Source: Octopus vulgaris (Eukaryota). From it: a DNA stretch of 64,000 nt. This document shows positions 28,790 to 40,752 of this stretch, in pieces (position 1 is the first letter of the stretch; each line of letters opens with the position of its first letter). The notes beneath the pieces were generated by a model that made no database searches, had not been told where the DNA came from, and was given only the letters and a program-made list of their open reading frames with translations. The stretch is taken from contig OX597815.1 in assembly GCA_951406725.2 (NCBI GenBank), forward strand, positions 106,392,001 to 106,456,000. The letters run 5' to 3'. The translations under genes were made by a program, and so were the position numbers.

Positions 28790-30500
28790 TCCCATCCACT
28801 TTAAGCAACCAGTACTTCTTTATTCTGCTGCCTCATCCATATGCATAATATGACCAAACTAGTGCAGTCTTCTCTATTGTACACTACATCTGATTCCACT
28901 TATGCCTAATTTTTCTCTCAGTATATTAACACTTTGTTGTACATGCACACTGACATTGCAAACCCATTCATTTTTAGTCTTTGCATGTCCTCTGCATTCA
29001 CTTTCTCCATTTTGTTCTTATTCTAGCAACTATACTTTTAGAGCCTCTTCCTCCACTGCTAATTAAGTCACTTAGGTGACAGAGACAATCTATTACCTCT
29101 AGGGAATCTCCAGAGCATTTGAGAAAATCTATTTCCTATGTGTCCTGAATGTTTAGTGCTTCTCTGCATCTTACACACACAAATATTCCTTTCTCTATTA
29201 AACTTTCTGTGAGCCTACAACACCACTTGTGTGTCCATAGCTTGCACCATATGGAATTACTGTCTACATCTTTCCTATATATTGAGCAGGGCCATTTACT
29301 TGAATTGTATTGACTCCTGTTTTCCTGCTTACTAGAACTTCAGTCTTTGCTAAGTTAACTTCAAGGCCCTTTGATTCTAGGTTTTGCTTCCATACCTGGA
29401 ATTTATTTTCTAAATCTACTTCAGATTCTGCTATGAGAATGGGATCATTGTCATATAATAGTTCCCAAGGGTAACAGATCATAAACTCCTCTGTTAGACC
29501 TGGATGACAATGATGAATGGAAGGGGACAGAGAACTAAGCCCTGGTAAAAAATCATCACTGTACTCATGACTAACTTTCAATTATTGATAGTATCCGTGT
29601 ACATGGTTTTCACAAGCCATTTATCTACTCCTAACTTCCTCAAAGATTACCAGATCATAGAGGGAGTGACTCTGTTGAGGGCTTTCTCCAGGTCAACAAA
29701 TGCCAAGTGCAATGGTTTACTTTTAACTCAGTATTTCTGCAGTTCTCTAACTAGGAAGATGGCATCAGCAGTACTTCTCCCTGGCACAAAACCAAACTTC
29801 AGCCAGTCTAATTCTGTTCCTAATTAATTGGGCTAGGGTCGGTATTAGGAAGGGCATCCAGCTGTAGAAACCATACCAAAGCAGACATTCATGATGCAGC
29901 CTCTGGATCTATGCCAACATGGACATTAGGTTACAGATATTTTAAGCATCTCAGTTGTGATACACAGTAGATCAGGGGCTTTCCTTATCTTCATATCCTT
30001 AATTGCCATATCTATCATACTAGGATAGCTGATCCTTCTGTTGGGTCCATGTTGGAAAGATTATCCCTTGCATTTTCCACATTTAATACCCTTTCATAGT
30101 AATACTTCCATATCATTAAACATCCATACACACTTCTCTCCTACATCTCGATTCTTTCTGATACATTGTCTAACAATCCAAAACACCTCATACTGTATGA
30201 CATTGGCAAACTTTTCCCTTTCTACTTCTGCCCTTGCTTAATAAACCCGTTATCTAGCTACCTTTGTGATATAATTCTTTGCTGCCTCCATTTTCCAATC
30301 TTTCCAAGCCTGGTTCTTTGCTTTTATAGCCCTGTTTATCTCACTTCCACCATCATATCACCCTTGTTCTGGCTGAAACTTTGCCCCAGCTGGATTTGGT
30401 CTTTAGCCCTCAGTAGGTCCTTCCATTTAGGAATTCCAGCTGTCCTTTACTCCAATCCTTTATTGTGTACATTTGAATTTACATGCAAGTTATAGCAATA
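28790..30500 (-). mobile_element. Decayed RTE-clade LINE reverse transcriptase
   Basis: CYPWELLYDND..LIAESE...FQVWKQNLESKGLEVNLAKT (degenerate YADD region). The upstream minus strand has FVDLEKA and FGFVPGRSTADAIF motifs. Confidence 0.75.
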
Positions 30501-31680
30501 AATCTATGATTCTGTGTAGAAGAAGGAAGTGAGAGATGATGTGTGGAAAAGAGAAAATAGTGTTAAAATAAAAACTTACTACTATAGAGGAGTGGAGAAA
30601 GTGGTTTTGCTTTTATCTGTGTTACATTTCATAACTAAGAATCTGTTAGATGTTTCTTCATGGAAATAACATTTTAGTTTGTAACTTAATTGTCCATCCT
30701 GGCTCAAGATATTTACTTATATCTTGATTGAGTGGCTTCAGCTATTTGTGATGAGCTACCAGCATGATTGCTGGTACATGTATTAGGAGTTTTATAGTCT
30801 TTTGCATGTTGTTTTAGACTAGGTACTTTTTCAGTAATTTCATGCTGTTTCGTATAAGACATCTAGTTCTAGTTGAGAAAACTCTTTTATGTTTGTTTTG
30901 AATGGCCTCTTTTTCAAGTTAATGCTTCATATCTATTGATTTTTCTTACACTATAGTACCATTAAAATATTTTCTTAATGATAAAACAATCTTCAGTTCA
31001 CACTCACTTTTTCTATCTCTACGTAAATTTATCTACTTCATACTACTAGTCAGCATGTTTGCTTGCTTAAAAGACTATTGTTAAATCTGATGTGATTTCT
31101 ACAAATTGAAAGGTGTTCAGCAACACTAATATTCACTAATAAATATGCTGACTTTTATTTATGATTTCAAACATAGGTACAAGATCATCAATTGATTAAA
31201 TTGACACCACCCCATGACTTATACTTTTTAATTTATCAATCCTGGTAAAATGTAAACAAAATTAACCTTGGCAGGATTTAAAAATAGAGCTTAGGAATTA
31301 TAAATAAATACTGCTGTTCCGCTAATCCACCACCCTCCAATGGTTAGTAATGATAATAGCAACTTTACAGGTAATTCCAGTTCTTATTCAGAGTCATTAC
31401 TTTTGTATTTGGATAGACTGTTTTGCAACTTGTGTAGTTCACATCTTGTTTATTTCATTTTTTGCACAGTTCCTATTGTTTGATGCCCTTATCACCAGCC
31501 AGTTTACAGAGTGTACTGTGTGCATTGTATTGTGCCACCAGCCGTAAAGAAATTGTCCAGTGCAAGCCAGACAGAAGAGTCCCTTTTATCTCATGTAGGC
31601 TCTTATTTATAGTTACTTCTGTCCAAGAAGTAACTATGATGTCTCTTGCTGAATCTATTTCTTAGTTGTATGTTCTACCA

Positions 31681-31858
31681 TTTTTAGCATTTAAACTGGC
31701 TCTATCTAGCCAAAATATTCTACTGGTTTTATGTTCAAATTGGCCAGATCCAGCTTCTCACACTTACAATATTGCTCTAAAAATAAACAATCACGTCATT
31801 CAAATCTCAAAGTTACAAGATAATGTATGACTAAGTAATCTGAATACTAAAGGGTTAA
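31681..31858. mobile_element. piggyBac-like MITE remnant
   Basis: Right end aatactaaagggTTAA, with a partial left TIR tttagcatt. Confidence 0.4.
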
Positions 31859-34800
31859 GGGAAAAGAAGAACCTTAGTTACTGACAGGGAGAAGCTTGAT
31901 GGTTAACTGATGCTGCTTGGCATAAAGATTGTCTCCAGAGTTGGCAGGGTTGCAAGGGAACTCTGGGTGTGAAGTAAAACTGTCTCTATAGTACTATATA
32001 GAAGCATTGTTGAATGTCGACTTCTGAGAAATTGTTAGTTACATTTTCTGGTGTGAATGGGTGCATATTAATCCAAAACAGGCTGGTTGTATAACCTAAC
32101 TTAAATGCATGTTTAAAGGAAAGATTTAAAATTAATTAAATTTTAAATAAAGATTCAGTTGAGTTTAAAATTTCGTCTTGCTTCTGCCAAAATTTGCAAT
32201 CCAGCAAATTCAACTCAAGAGTTGTTTACTTTTAACCTACTCAGTTATAACTGCTACTATTCAGTCATCTTCAAAACATGATGGTGCGAGGAGAAAGTGA
32301 CAAAGCAGAAAAGAGAAGCTGACTGACCTAAAGCATAGTGGCTGTAAAATTTGTAAGGAATTAATGAGTTAGTTTCTCCAACACTAATGCATGTATAACT
32401 TAGAAATTTGAAATAATTTCAAATAAAGATACAATCAAGTTTGTTGTACTGAAATACTTAAATTCATTAGTCTATAATATTGACTATAGACTCTATATAA
32501 AATAATAATGAAATTAATGATTTTGGGATATGTCGTGGACTGTGTGTATGAAAATTTTGTATTTGTAACTAAAGATGTTTTTTTAGTAGATGTGAATGTG
32601 AAAATACTGCTATGATACTGTTTGTGGATTGGGTACCATTAAATTTAGAAACAAACAGAACTTTTCCGAATGCAGACTACCACCAGTCTCCCCGTTTTTT
32701 GTTTTTGTTTATTATTATTATTATTATTTTTTTTTTTTTTGCCTTTTTAGTTCAGGTTTTATCAAATTAAAAGGAAGCTTTCAATTGTTGGCCAATTATC
32801 ATTATCCAGGTGTCCATAGGTTGGATGAGTTTTGACACTCATTGCAATTATAGTCACATGGCACATAGAGCAATAAAGAAAATTGGGCACATTTTATCAT
32901 GTCTCTGTCAATAAATAGGTTGTATTCTGCAGAAGTAGTAAAGAGTTCCCTTAACCAGTTCTTATCCTCCTAATATTTTAATTAATTTGGTGGTTATATG
33001 GTTTCACTGATTTTAGTCATTAAATTGTTGCTATGCTGGGACACCATTTTTGGTGATCACAATGTTGCTTGTATTTTTTACTGAATATTCTCAATTTCAA
33101 AGGTTGAAATATGAAGTAGTTTTAATCTCTATCATATTCAGATAATGCTAATACATTATCTAATAGGTTAGTTCATTTCTCCACTCTATCTTTTCCTTTA
33201 CATTCACTTCAAATTATCTTTGAATCATTCAGACACTGCATACATTCATTTAGACTTCATGCTATATTGATTAAATTATTGCTTTTTATTTTTTTCTCTT
33301 TGCTTTTAAAAGATGACTAGTTCCCTTTGACTTCGCAGGCCCTCAGAAAACAGTCAGTTGCCATATACAGACCCCAGTCATTACAACTATGAGGAAATAC
33401 ATTATTGGACCTACCATCCCCAAATCTTTTAGTTTCTCACTCACAATTATTTCACGGGGCTCCTAAAACAATTATATAACAATTAAGTGAAAACCAAGCA
33501 AAATATTTAGCCGAATGGAACTTTTAAAATCTAATACAGATATGTCACTAATAAATTAGCTTTATCTTCAAATGCCAATTTATTATTATAAAAAACATAT
33601 TCAATTTGGTGATGACAATAACTTGAAATTCAGTCCGTTTGAATAATTATTTTTTAACAACTTATTAATTTAAAGCTGTAAAAAAAATCCTGTATATACG
33701 TTCTATTGAAAAAGATGAAACTAACAAAGCAGCATCAATATATTACAAATATCTCTAGTTTTTCTAATAATTATATTAATTAGACTGCTTATTCACGATC
33801 ACAACTTCAAGTATGAGATTACAAAGCCATCTTCATTTTTTATTAATGTTGAGAAAAGCACTGTCACTCTAAAGATTATTTGCGGACAAGATCTGTTGCA
33901 CTCTTACAACATAGGAGATGAATTGACAAAATACTTAATCATTTTGAGGTTATCTCTTTGATGGTTTGTCTAAATTTTCTGAACACTGACCCTATACATA
34001 GAAAAATATGTCTATACTAGAGTATCATTTACATTTCTTGAATGCAACAGTTGCTAGATTTATACTGGCTATCTTGACTGATTAGCAAATGCTAGCCCAG
34101 TATGCTGCAATCACTCTCCATGTCTAAACCCACCTATCCCATCTTCTCATATGTTGTAGCTTCAAGTTCCTACATCAAACCTTTCTTCCTCAGAAATCCA
34201 ATCCAATTGTGCTTCTTCCATGCTTACATTCTCCTTCCAGGTATAAGCCTACAGGTGATCAAATTAAACATCAACCATATCAGGGTCCTCTTCCTCAAAT
34301 TTGTAAGGTTAAAAAAACGTTTATCTTTATAGTTATATTATATTTTTTATTTCAGATGTGTGTCTTGATAAATGTATTATTAAATTCATACCATAGTCTC
34401 ACGTGAGGCAATGGTATTAAATTAATTATATAGTTATCTTCATGCACACACACACACACTCTTCATACTTCATATATTGAGGACTTAAAACGTTTACGCA
34501 CATATAAACACTAGGTGTGTGTTCATATCTGTGTTTTTATATGTACACACACATACACATGAACTTTAAGTTATAAGCATATTAGCAATGATGCCTTATA
34601 AATTATATAGCATAAACTACCACCATTAATTGAAATAAAACAAGACTTTATGTATGGATAGCTTTTGTTTGCATATTGTTTTAATGGTTTTTACTTGGGA
34701 TGAATGGACTGTACCTATACACTTCACATGATGCTTTTATTCATAAACTCTGATTAAGTAGAATGATTTCATTTGTTTATTGACTGCAGAAGGATGAACT

Positions 34801-35199
34801 GTCACCCCAAGTACCATTCAACCTCTTTACCAGCTCTGCCTACCTCACAGTGATCATTTGACTTAAATATATTTCAGTTGTTGAATTAAAACAATATCAA
34901 AGATGACAGACTGATAAAACTTCAACATGAATATCATAGCATTAATTATTCAATAGTGTTTACAGGATTATTAAATTCTTCATGAATTATCTACTTCAGT
35001 GCTCTTTTTTTCTTCCAATGAGCTTTTTCCAGTTTTTCAAAATTTAGCAAAGTGCTAAATTAAATTAATTTTATTGCCTGTTTATACCAGGTTTTGCTTC
35101 TACACTTGGAATTTCTTTTCTAATTCTACAGTGGATTTCACTATAAGGTCATCAGCATTTAAGAATTCCCATGGACAACTGGTCTTAAACTCTTCTGGC

Positions 35200-35990
35200 C
35201 TTGAGATTAGTCCCCTACTTGCACACTATCTTCATTGCTGCATTTATGTTACCAACAGCACATATGTAGCTTATATGGCTTTTACCAGCCATTTTTCTAC
35301 TTGTAGCTTCACAGTAACCACCAGGTTAGGGAAGAGACCCTGTCATAGGCTTTTGATGAAAGCAAATTGTGATTTAGTTTTAACCTCGTGCTTTTTCCAG
35401 TTGCCCTACTGTCTTATGTCCTTTCATAGCCAAACTCAATCAGTTTTACAAACTACACCAGGCAGCAAATATACATCACTAATGTACCCAAGACAACCTC
35501 CTGTATTGTTTAGATAAAGAACCTGGCCTACAACTAGAAAAATTATCCATCCATAACATTTGGGTGGTTCTATCCACTTCTGTTATACCATTTGAAATGC
35601 AAACTTTCAAGTTGCACCGCCTGCAAATTGCAGCTAATTCCTTGATAAAAAGATATTTTCTCAACTTGCAAAATCTTCCAGCTCTACTTCTCTTCACCTT
35701 TAATGGCTCAGTAAACATTACTGACAGAATGTTTGCATCCAATTCCATATTGCAGACACTATTACAAAACTTTATGCTTCCATTATACATACCAAATAAT
35801 GAAATACCTCCAGTCGGTTCAAATCAATCTAATCACTGTCCTTGCCATATTCTTCAATCTTGAACTATAGGCATCAAGCCAGATTTTTGAGAAATGTGTC
35901 CCCTCCCCAACAGTAATCTCCCAGATTTCATTATCACTTTCCAGCATCCCAAATATGATAGACACATTAGTTAGCAATCATTGTATACTC
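35200..35990 (-). mobile_element. Old RTE-like LINE remnant, continuing at ~38100-38340 beyond the CR1 insertion
   Basis: Degenerate minus-strand motifs (YLG, GRFCKLRK.LF) resembling the RTE RT C-terminal region. Confidence 0.4.
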
Positions 35991-36008
35991 TCTGTAGAAA
36001 GTATAGTG

Positions 36009-38060
36009 ATAATAATAATAATAATAATAATTGTGTACAGTGCTCAGGTGCACTACAACTCATCTAAAGTGTATATATAATCAGGTGAAGTTTCGGCGGA
36101 TTTCGGAAAGCATGAGGGCCTTAAAAGATGCAGTGTCATGGCAGTCAACAACTGACGCAGGCAGTTTATTCCATGCTTCAGCAACTCTGAGCGTGAAAAA
36201 ATGTTTCCGAAAGTCATGGGAGCTGTATTGTTTTCTGACTTTGTAGGCATGTCCACGTGTGTTAGACACATGGAGATCAAAAAGGTGTTCAGTGTTGTTG
36301 TTGGTGAGGTGGTTGATAACTTTGTGGGTGTTTACCAAGTCCGTCGCCAAACGCCGGAGCTTCAGTGAATCCATGCCCAGGGAAACAAGGCGCTCAGAAT
36401 ATGGTAGGTGTCTGATGGAGGGTATGCGTTTGGTTGCACGTCTCTGGACAGATTCCAGGAGGTCAATGTTCTGTGCAAGATAGGGGTTCCAAACTGATGA
36501 TGCGAATTCCAAGTGTGGTCGTACCATAGCTGTATACAGTTTTAAATAGATGGCTGGAGAGCGGCTAACAAAAGACCTGCTGAGTGATGCCAAGACACCC
36601 TCGGCCTTCCTGACAATCTTAGAGATATGCTTTGACCAACGCAAATCACTGCTGACAGTGATGCCTAGGTCACGCTCGCAAGAGGATTTCTTGATATCAG
36701 TGTTGTGGAGGGAGTATGTGAACGCAGGGTTTTTTCTCCCAAAATGCATGGTGGTACACTTGTCCACAGCCAGTTTCAGTTGCCAGTCTGTGATCCATTG
36801 CTGCATTGTGTCTAGGTCTGATTGCAGGAAAGAGTTGTAGACATCAGGATCTGTCCTCTTGATTTCAAGGTACAGCTTGATGTCGTCTGCATATTTCAAT
36901 ACTGTGGCATTCTTTAAATTGGCATCTATGTCGTTAATGTATGCCACAAACAAGAGGGGGCCAAGGACAGATCCCTGTGGTACACCCGATGACATCTCAT
37001 ATGGTGTAGAGTGCTGTCCTAGAACTGTGACTACCTCCTTTCGGCTGAGGATGAAGGATTTCAACCAGTTAAAAAGGTCATCCCCCACACCCATTGCAGA
37101 GAGTTTCACCATAAGCCTTTTGTGTGGCACAGAGTTGAAAGCCTTAGCAAAGTCAAGGTAGACAACATCCACCCATGAGCCACTGTCAGTAATCTGAGTA
37201 ATGTCCTCAAGGAACTCGACAAGCTGGTCACTGCAGCTGGAGTTAGGGACAAATCCATATTGTGAGGGTCGGATGAGACTGTGAGAGCTCCAGAAGTTCC
37301 AGAGTGTTTCTCTGACACACGATTCCATCAGTTTTGCAATACAGCTAGTGAGACTGACTGGGCGATAGTTGACAGGTGATGTGCGGTCGCCCTTTTTGAA
37401 CAGAGGAATGACACTGGCAGTTTTCCACTGCTCCGGAGTAGCACCATTGTTGAGACAGTACTGGAAGAAAATAGAAAGCTGGTGTAAAAGGAAGTGCCTG
37501 CCACGTTTGAGAAGCAGGTATGTAACTCCATCGAGACCAGGGGAGGCATAGTTGCGCTTATTTTGAAGGTGACGTCGCAGCATTGCAGGTGTAAATTCCA
37601 TAGTTGTTATGGAGTTTGCTGTTAGTGATGGTGAAGATGGTACATTTTGACTTTCAACAGTGAATATGTTTGCATAGCACTCGGCAATGAGTTCTGCGCA
37701 TTCCTTGGGGTCGTCAGTGATCTGGTTTGTGTGAGGGTTGCGAAGAGGGCCCACTGGAGAGTGAGGTCTCTGCTTTGAGTGCACATATTTCCAGAAAACC
37801 TTGCTGTCAGGATTGGCTGCTATGCACTGTTCAAATTCAAGCACTGCTTTTTTTGTCACTTGCTTGAGATGGTTGGAGGATTTATTCCGCTTCTTCCTGT
37901 TGGTGTCTGATTTATGCAACCTGTATTCCCGTTCAGCAGTCCGACGTTCCCTCCTGGCAAGTCGGACCGCTGAAGTTTCCCAAATTGCCCTTTTGGGGCG
38001 GTTCTTCTTTTTTTGTTTACGTGGCACTGATGCTGCACATGCTGCCCATACTAACTGCAC
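36009..38060 (-). mobile_element. Young 5'-truncated CR1-clade LINE with (TTA)n tail
   Basis: (AAT)n at ~36009-36031 on the + strand; higher GC and more CpG than the flanks; uninterrupted ORF. Confidence 0.9.
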
Positions 38061-38069
38061 ATGCTGCAC
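36081..38069 (-). CDS. CR1-type ORF2 fragment (reverse transcriptase; endonuclease domain missing)
   Basis: NYRPVSLTS, QYGF, VYLDFAKAFNSVPH, SGVPQGSVLGPLLF, YADD, ERDLG and the CR1 C-terminus TRGH...FFTLRV..AWN.LP. Confidence 0.9.
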   Translation of the reverse strand: MQHVQLVWAACAASVPRKQKKKNRPKRAIWETSAVRLARRERRTAEREYRLHKSDTNRKKRNKSSNHLKQVTKKAVLEFEQCIAANPDSKVFWKYVHSKQRPHSPVGPLRNPHTNQITDDPKECAELIAECYANIFTVESQNVPSSPSLTANSITTMEFTPAMLRRHLQNKRNYASPGLDGVTYLLLKRGRHFLLHQLSIFFQYCLNNGATPEQWKTASVIPLFKKGDRTSPVNYRPVSLTSCIAKLMESCVRETLWNFWSSHSLIRPSQYGFVPNSSCSDQLVEFLEDITQITDSGSWVDVVYLDFAKAFNSVPHKRLMVKLSAMGVGDDLFNWLKSFILSRKEVVTVLGQHSTPYEMSSGVPQGSVLGPLLFVAYINDIDANLKNATVLKYADDIKLYLEIKRTDPDVYNSFLQSDLDTMQQWITDWQLKLAVDKCTTMHFGRKNPAFTYSLHNTDIKKSSCERDLGITVSSDLRWSKHISKIVRKAEGVLASLSRSFVSRSPAIYLKLYTAMVRPHLEFASSVWNPYLAQNIDLLESVQRRATKRIPSIRHLPYSERLVSLGMDSLKLRRLATDLVNTHKVINHLTNNNTEHLFDLHVSNTRGHAYKVRKQYSSHDFRKHFFTLRVAEAWNKLPASVVDCHDTASFKALMLSEIRRNFT

Positions 38070-38884
38070 TGCTGCACATACGAACTGTGATTACTAACTG
38101 CACTTCTGTGACACTCACAAGTATCCCACATTCCTGAGAAATTCATTGAAACTAATTTATTACACTTGATGGAGTCAGGCACAGAAATATCCGTAACTGG
38201 CCACCTGTGGGTTTTATTGATTTTTGCCTCTTGGATCAGAGGTTTTCTGTTAAATCCCTCCGACATAGCATGCGCTGATGGCATTCTGATTCACATTCCC
38301 ATCAACACACAAAGTTCTTCACATTTTTCCTCTTGTAAATAAATAATTTGTTTGGTTTTACCTCTTACAATGTACAGTCCTAGAGTATGAGGGGGATAGT
38401 GTTATTTTGAAGGTGTACAAAGATTTGGTTATTTTTAGTAGATGATCACAGAGGTTATTTGTTAATTCTTATAAAGAGTAATCATTTATGGTAGAATTAT
38501 TATACATTCAGACTGTAATCTAAATGCAACATAGTGTAAGAAGTTAACTATTTTGTACAACATTGGTAAAAATGGCCAGTTGATATGTTCTTGTATACCA
38601 GGAATTTAAATTCCAGAAAGGCCAACTTCACCTTTCATTTCTTTGTTAAAGTGATAAACCACTTTTGGTGTAATCTTATACATCAGTGAGCATTTCTTAT
38701 AGATACTTCTTTTATCAGATTGAGGAGAGATTTTGACTGACAGTGTTTGAAATGTTTTTCATATATTGACATTATTTAACATCTTTTTACAACCACATCA
38801 GTTATCTTGCTTAGTATATATGTGTGTGTATATATTTCATTAATCTTATTCATCTTTTTCAAATTTCTTTCTCTTTTTTTTCAG

Positions 38885-39311
38885 ATCCATAACAAGATCT
38901 TACTACCGAAACTCTGTTGGAGCTTTAATAGTTTATGACATAACAAAACGCAGTAGTTTTGAACACTTGGAGGATTGGTTGAAAGAGTCGCAGTTGCATA
39001 TAGAACCACATAAGGCTGTTTATCTGATTGTTGGCCACAAATCAGATAAGGATAATGATCGTAAAGTGACAACCCGGGAAGGACGTCAATTTGCTGAATA
39101 TCATGGACTAAGATTTTTAGAGACTTCTGCCAAAACTGGTACTAATGTGGAAGAAGCCTTTCTAGTTGTTGCTAGAGACATATATCAAATGTTAGAAGAA
39201 GGTAAAATTACAGTTGAAGAAGGCTGGGACGGTGTGAAAAATGGTTTTGCTCGACCCAAAGAGACTTTACATTTAGTAGAGGGTGAACCAGAAGGTGGAG
39301 GTTGCTGTTGA
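38885..39311 (+). CDS. RAB39: Ras-related protein Rab39, coding exon 2
   Basis: Long polypyrimidine tract and CAG acceptor ending at 38884. AG+A restores R-SITRSYYRNSVG, followed by VGHKSD (G4), ETSAK (G5), EEGWDGVK and a C-terminal CC prenylation motif. Spliced CDS is 645 nt (214 aa). Confidence 0.95.
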
Positions 39312-40752
39312 CTATTCTCATTCTTACGCAATAGTTTTTCAACTACTTCCACTGCAATCTTTCACCTCTCTTACTTTTTTCCCTGTAATTCCGTCATGTT
39401 TTAGCTGGAATTCATCTTGTAAGAGACTTCTTCCTTACAAAATCTGTTTCCTATATGACTGAAATCACTGACGATTTATTTTAGAGGTCGTTTCAATATC
39501 GATGAGAAAACCAAAAATTTTCTAATCTAAATATTCATTGTGTAAATGTCTAGTTTAAAATACTATTGCTTGCTTCACAATCTTAATTTGTATATTATTT
39601 GCCAGTCAACCAAAATCATTTAATGATTCTCCATTTTCCCAAGAAAATTGTTTTATTAAAACAATAAAATATTCAAATGAATCAAAATTTAATCACAAAA
39701 TTCCTCATCCCCCAATCTCAATGCAATGAGAGTCATTCATCCTCTAGCAGCAAAATTTTCAATAACTAACTTTTCAGGTTGGACAGAAATATTGCCTTGT
39801 ATTTAATTTGGTATAACTGAATGATTTGATATAAAAAAACAAAACAAAAAACAAATGAGATGTGTTAATGATTTGGAAATGATCAACCGAGAAGATACTA
39901 AGAAATTCGTATAAGTATTCAAAGTTACCACCAAGAACATAGTATAAATTACATGAACTTTTTCACACTAAAAAGAAAAAAAAAAGTCTCAGTTGTAATA
40001 TTACAACCGAGACAATGAACTAAAGACTATCTTCCCTTGTAATTTGCCATCTTTTAGACTGTTAATTGCAACAACACTTCACAATTGATACATGCACACA
40101 TATATATATATATGTATGTGTGTATTACATTGAATATTAAAACTTTTCAGTTAACCTAATTCGCAACTAGTAATGAAATCTCATGACCTAACGCTTATTT
40201 TTAATGGTAATTAATAATATCCACTATAATTATCGATTTCTTTGTACTATGTTAAAGAATTCAGTGTGGATTTATTCGATTGAATATAGGCAGTATATAT
40301 TTTATGAAAGCCAGAAGGGAATGCAGCCAATTCATCCAGAATTATGTCAATCTTGTCTTTGTTAGATTCTTGAATTTTCAACTCCAAGCAGTCTCTCTGC
40401 TGGATGATATGCTGAATGTGCTGTTACAAATATATCTTACACAATAGCAACCCCAGCATTTGATAATGTGCACAAGTAAAAGTCTCAGTATGAATTTTCA
40501 AGACTTCCATTGTTCTCATTAACACTTTTCTTTCCATTTTACCAATTTTAAAACAAATCTGAGCAGCTACCAACTTGTCCCTATTTTTTAAATGTATATT
40601 AAGGTCAGAAACAATCTACTCTGCTTCTTTCAACAGTAACTTTGGGCTTAAAATGTCCAGTATATATTTCAAGATATCCTAGCATTAGGCAAAATGTGTT
40701 AAGCCTATTGCATAATCAGAAACAACATCTGGTAATATATGCTTCAATAAAA
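39312..40752 (+). other. Probable Rab39 3' UTR (end uncertain)
   Basis: Repeat-poor AT-rich sequence after the stop codon, with AATAAA near 39663 and 40746. Confidence 0.45.

Larger units (their letters stand above)
3454..38884 (+). other. Rab39 GT-AG intron, 35,431 nt
   Basis: Canonical splice sites joining the two exons in frame; no other Rab-like exon seen in between. Confidence 0.9.

Noticed and set aside
38967-39311. Stand-alone 114-aa ORF
   Set aside because: It is part of Rab39 exon 2; the listed start is an internal TTG.
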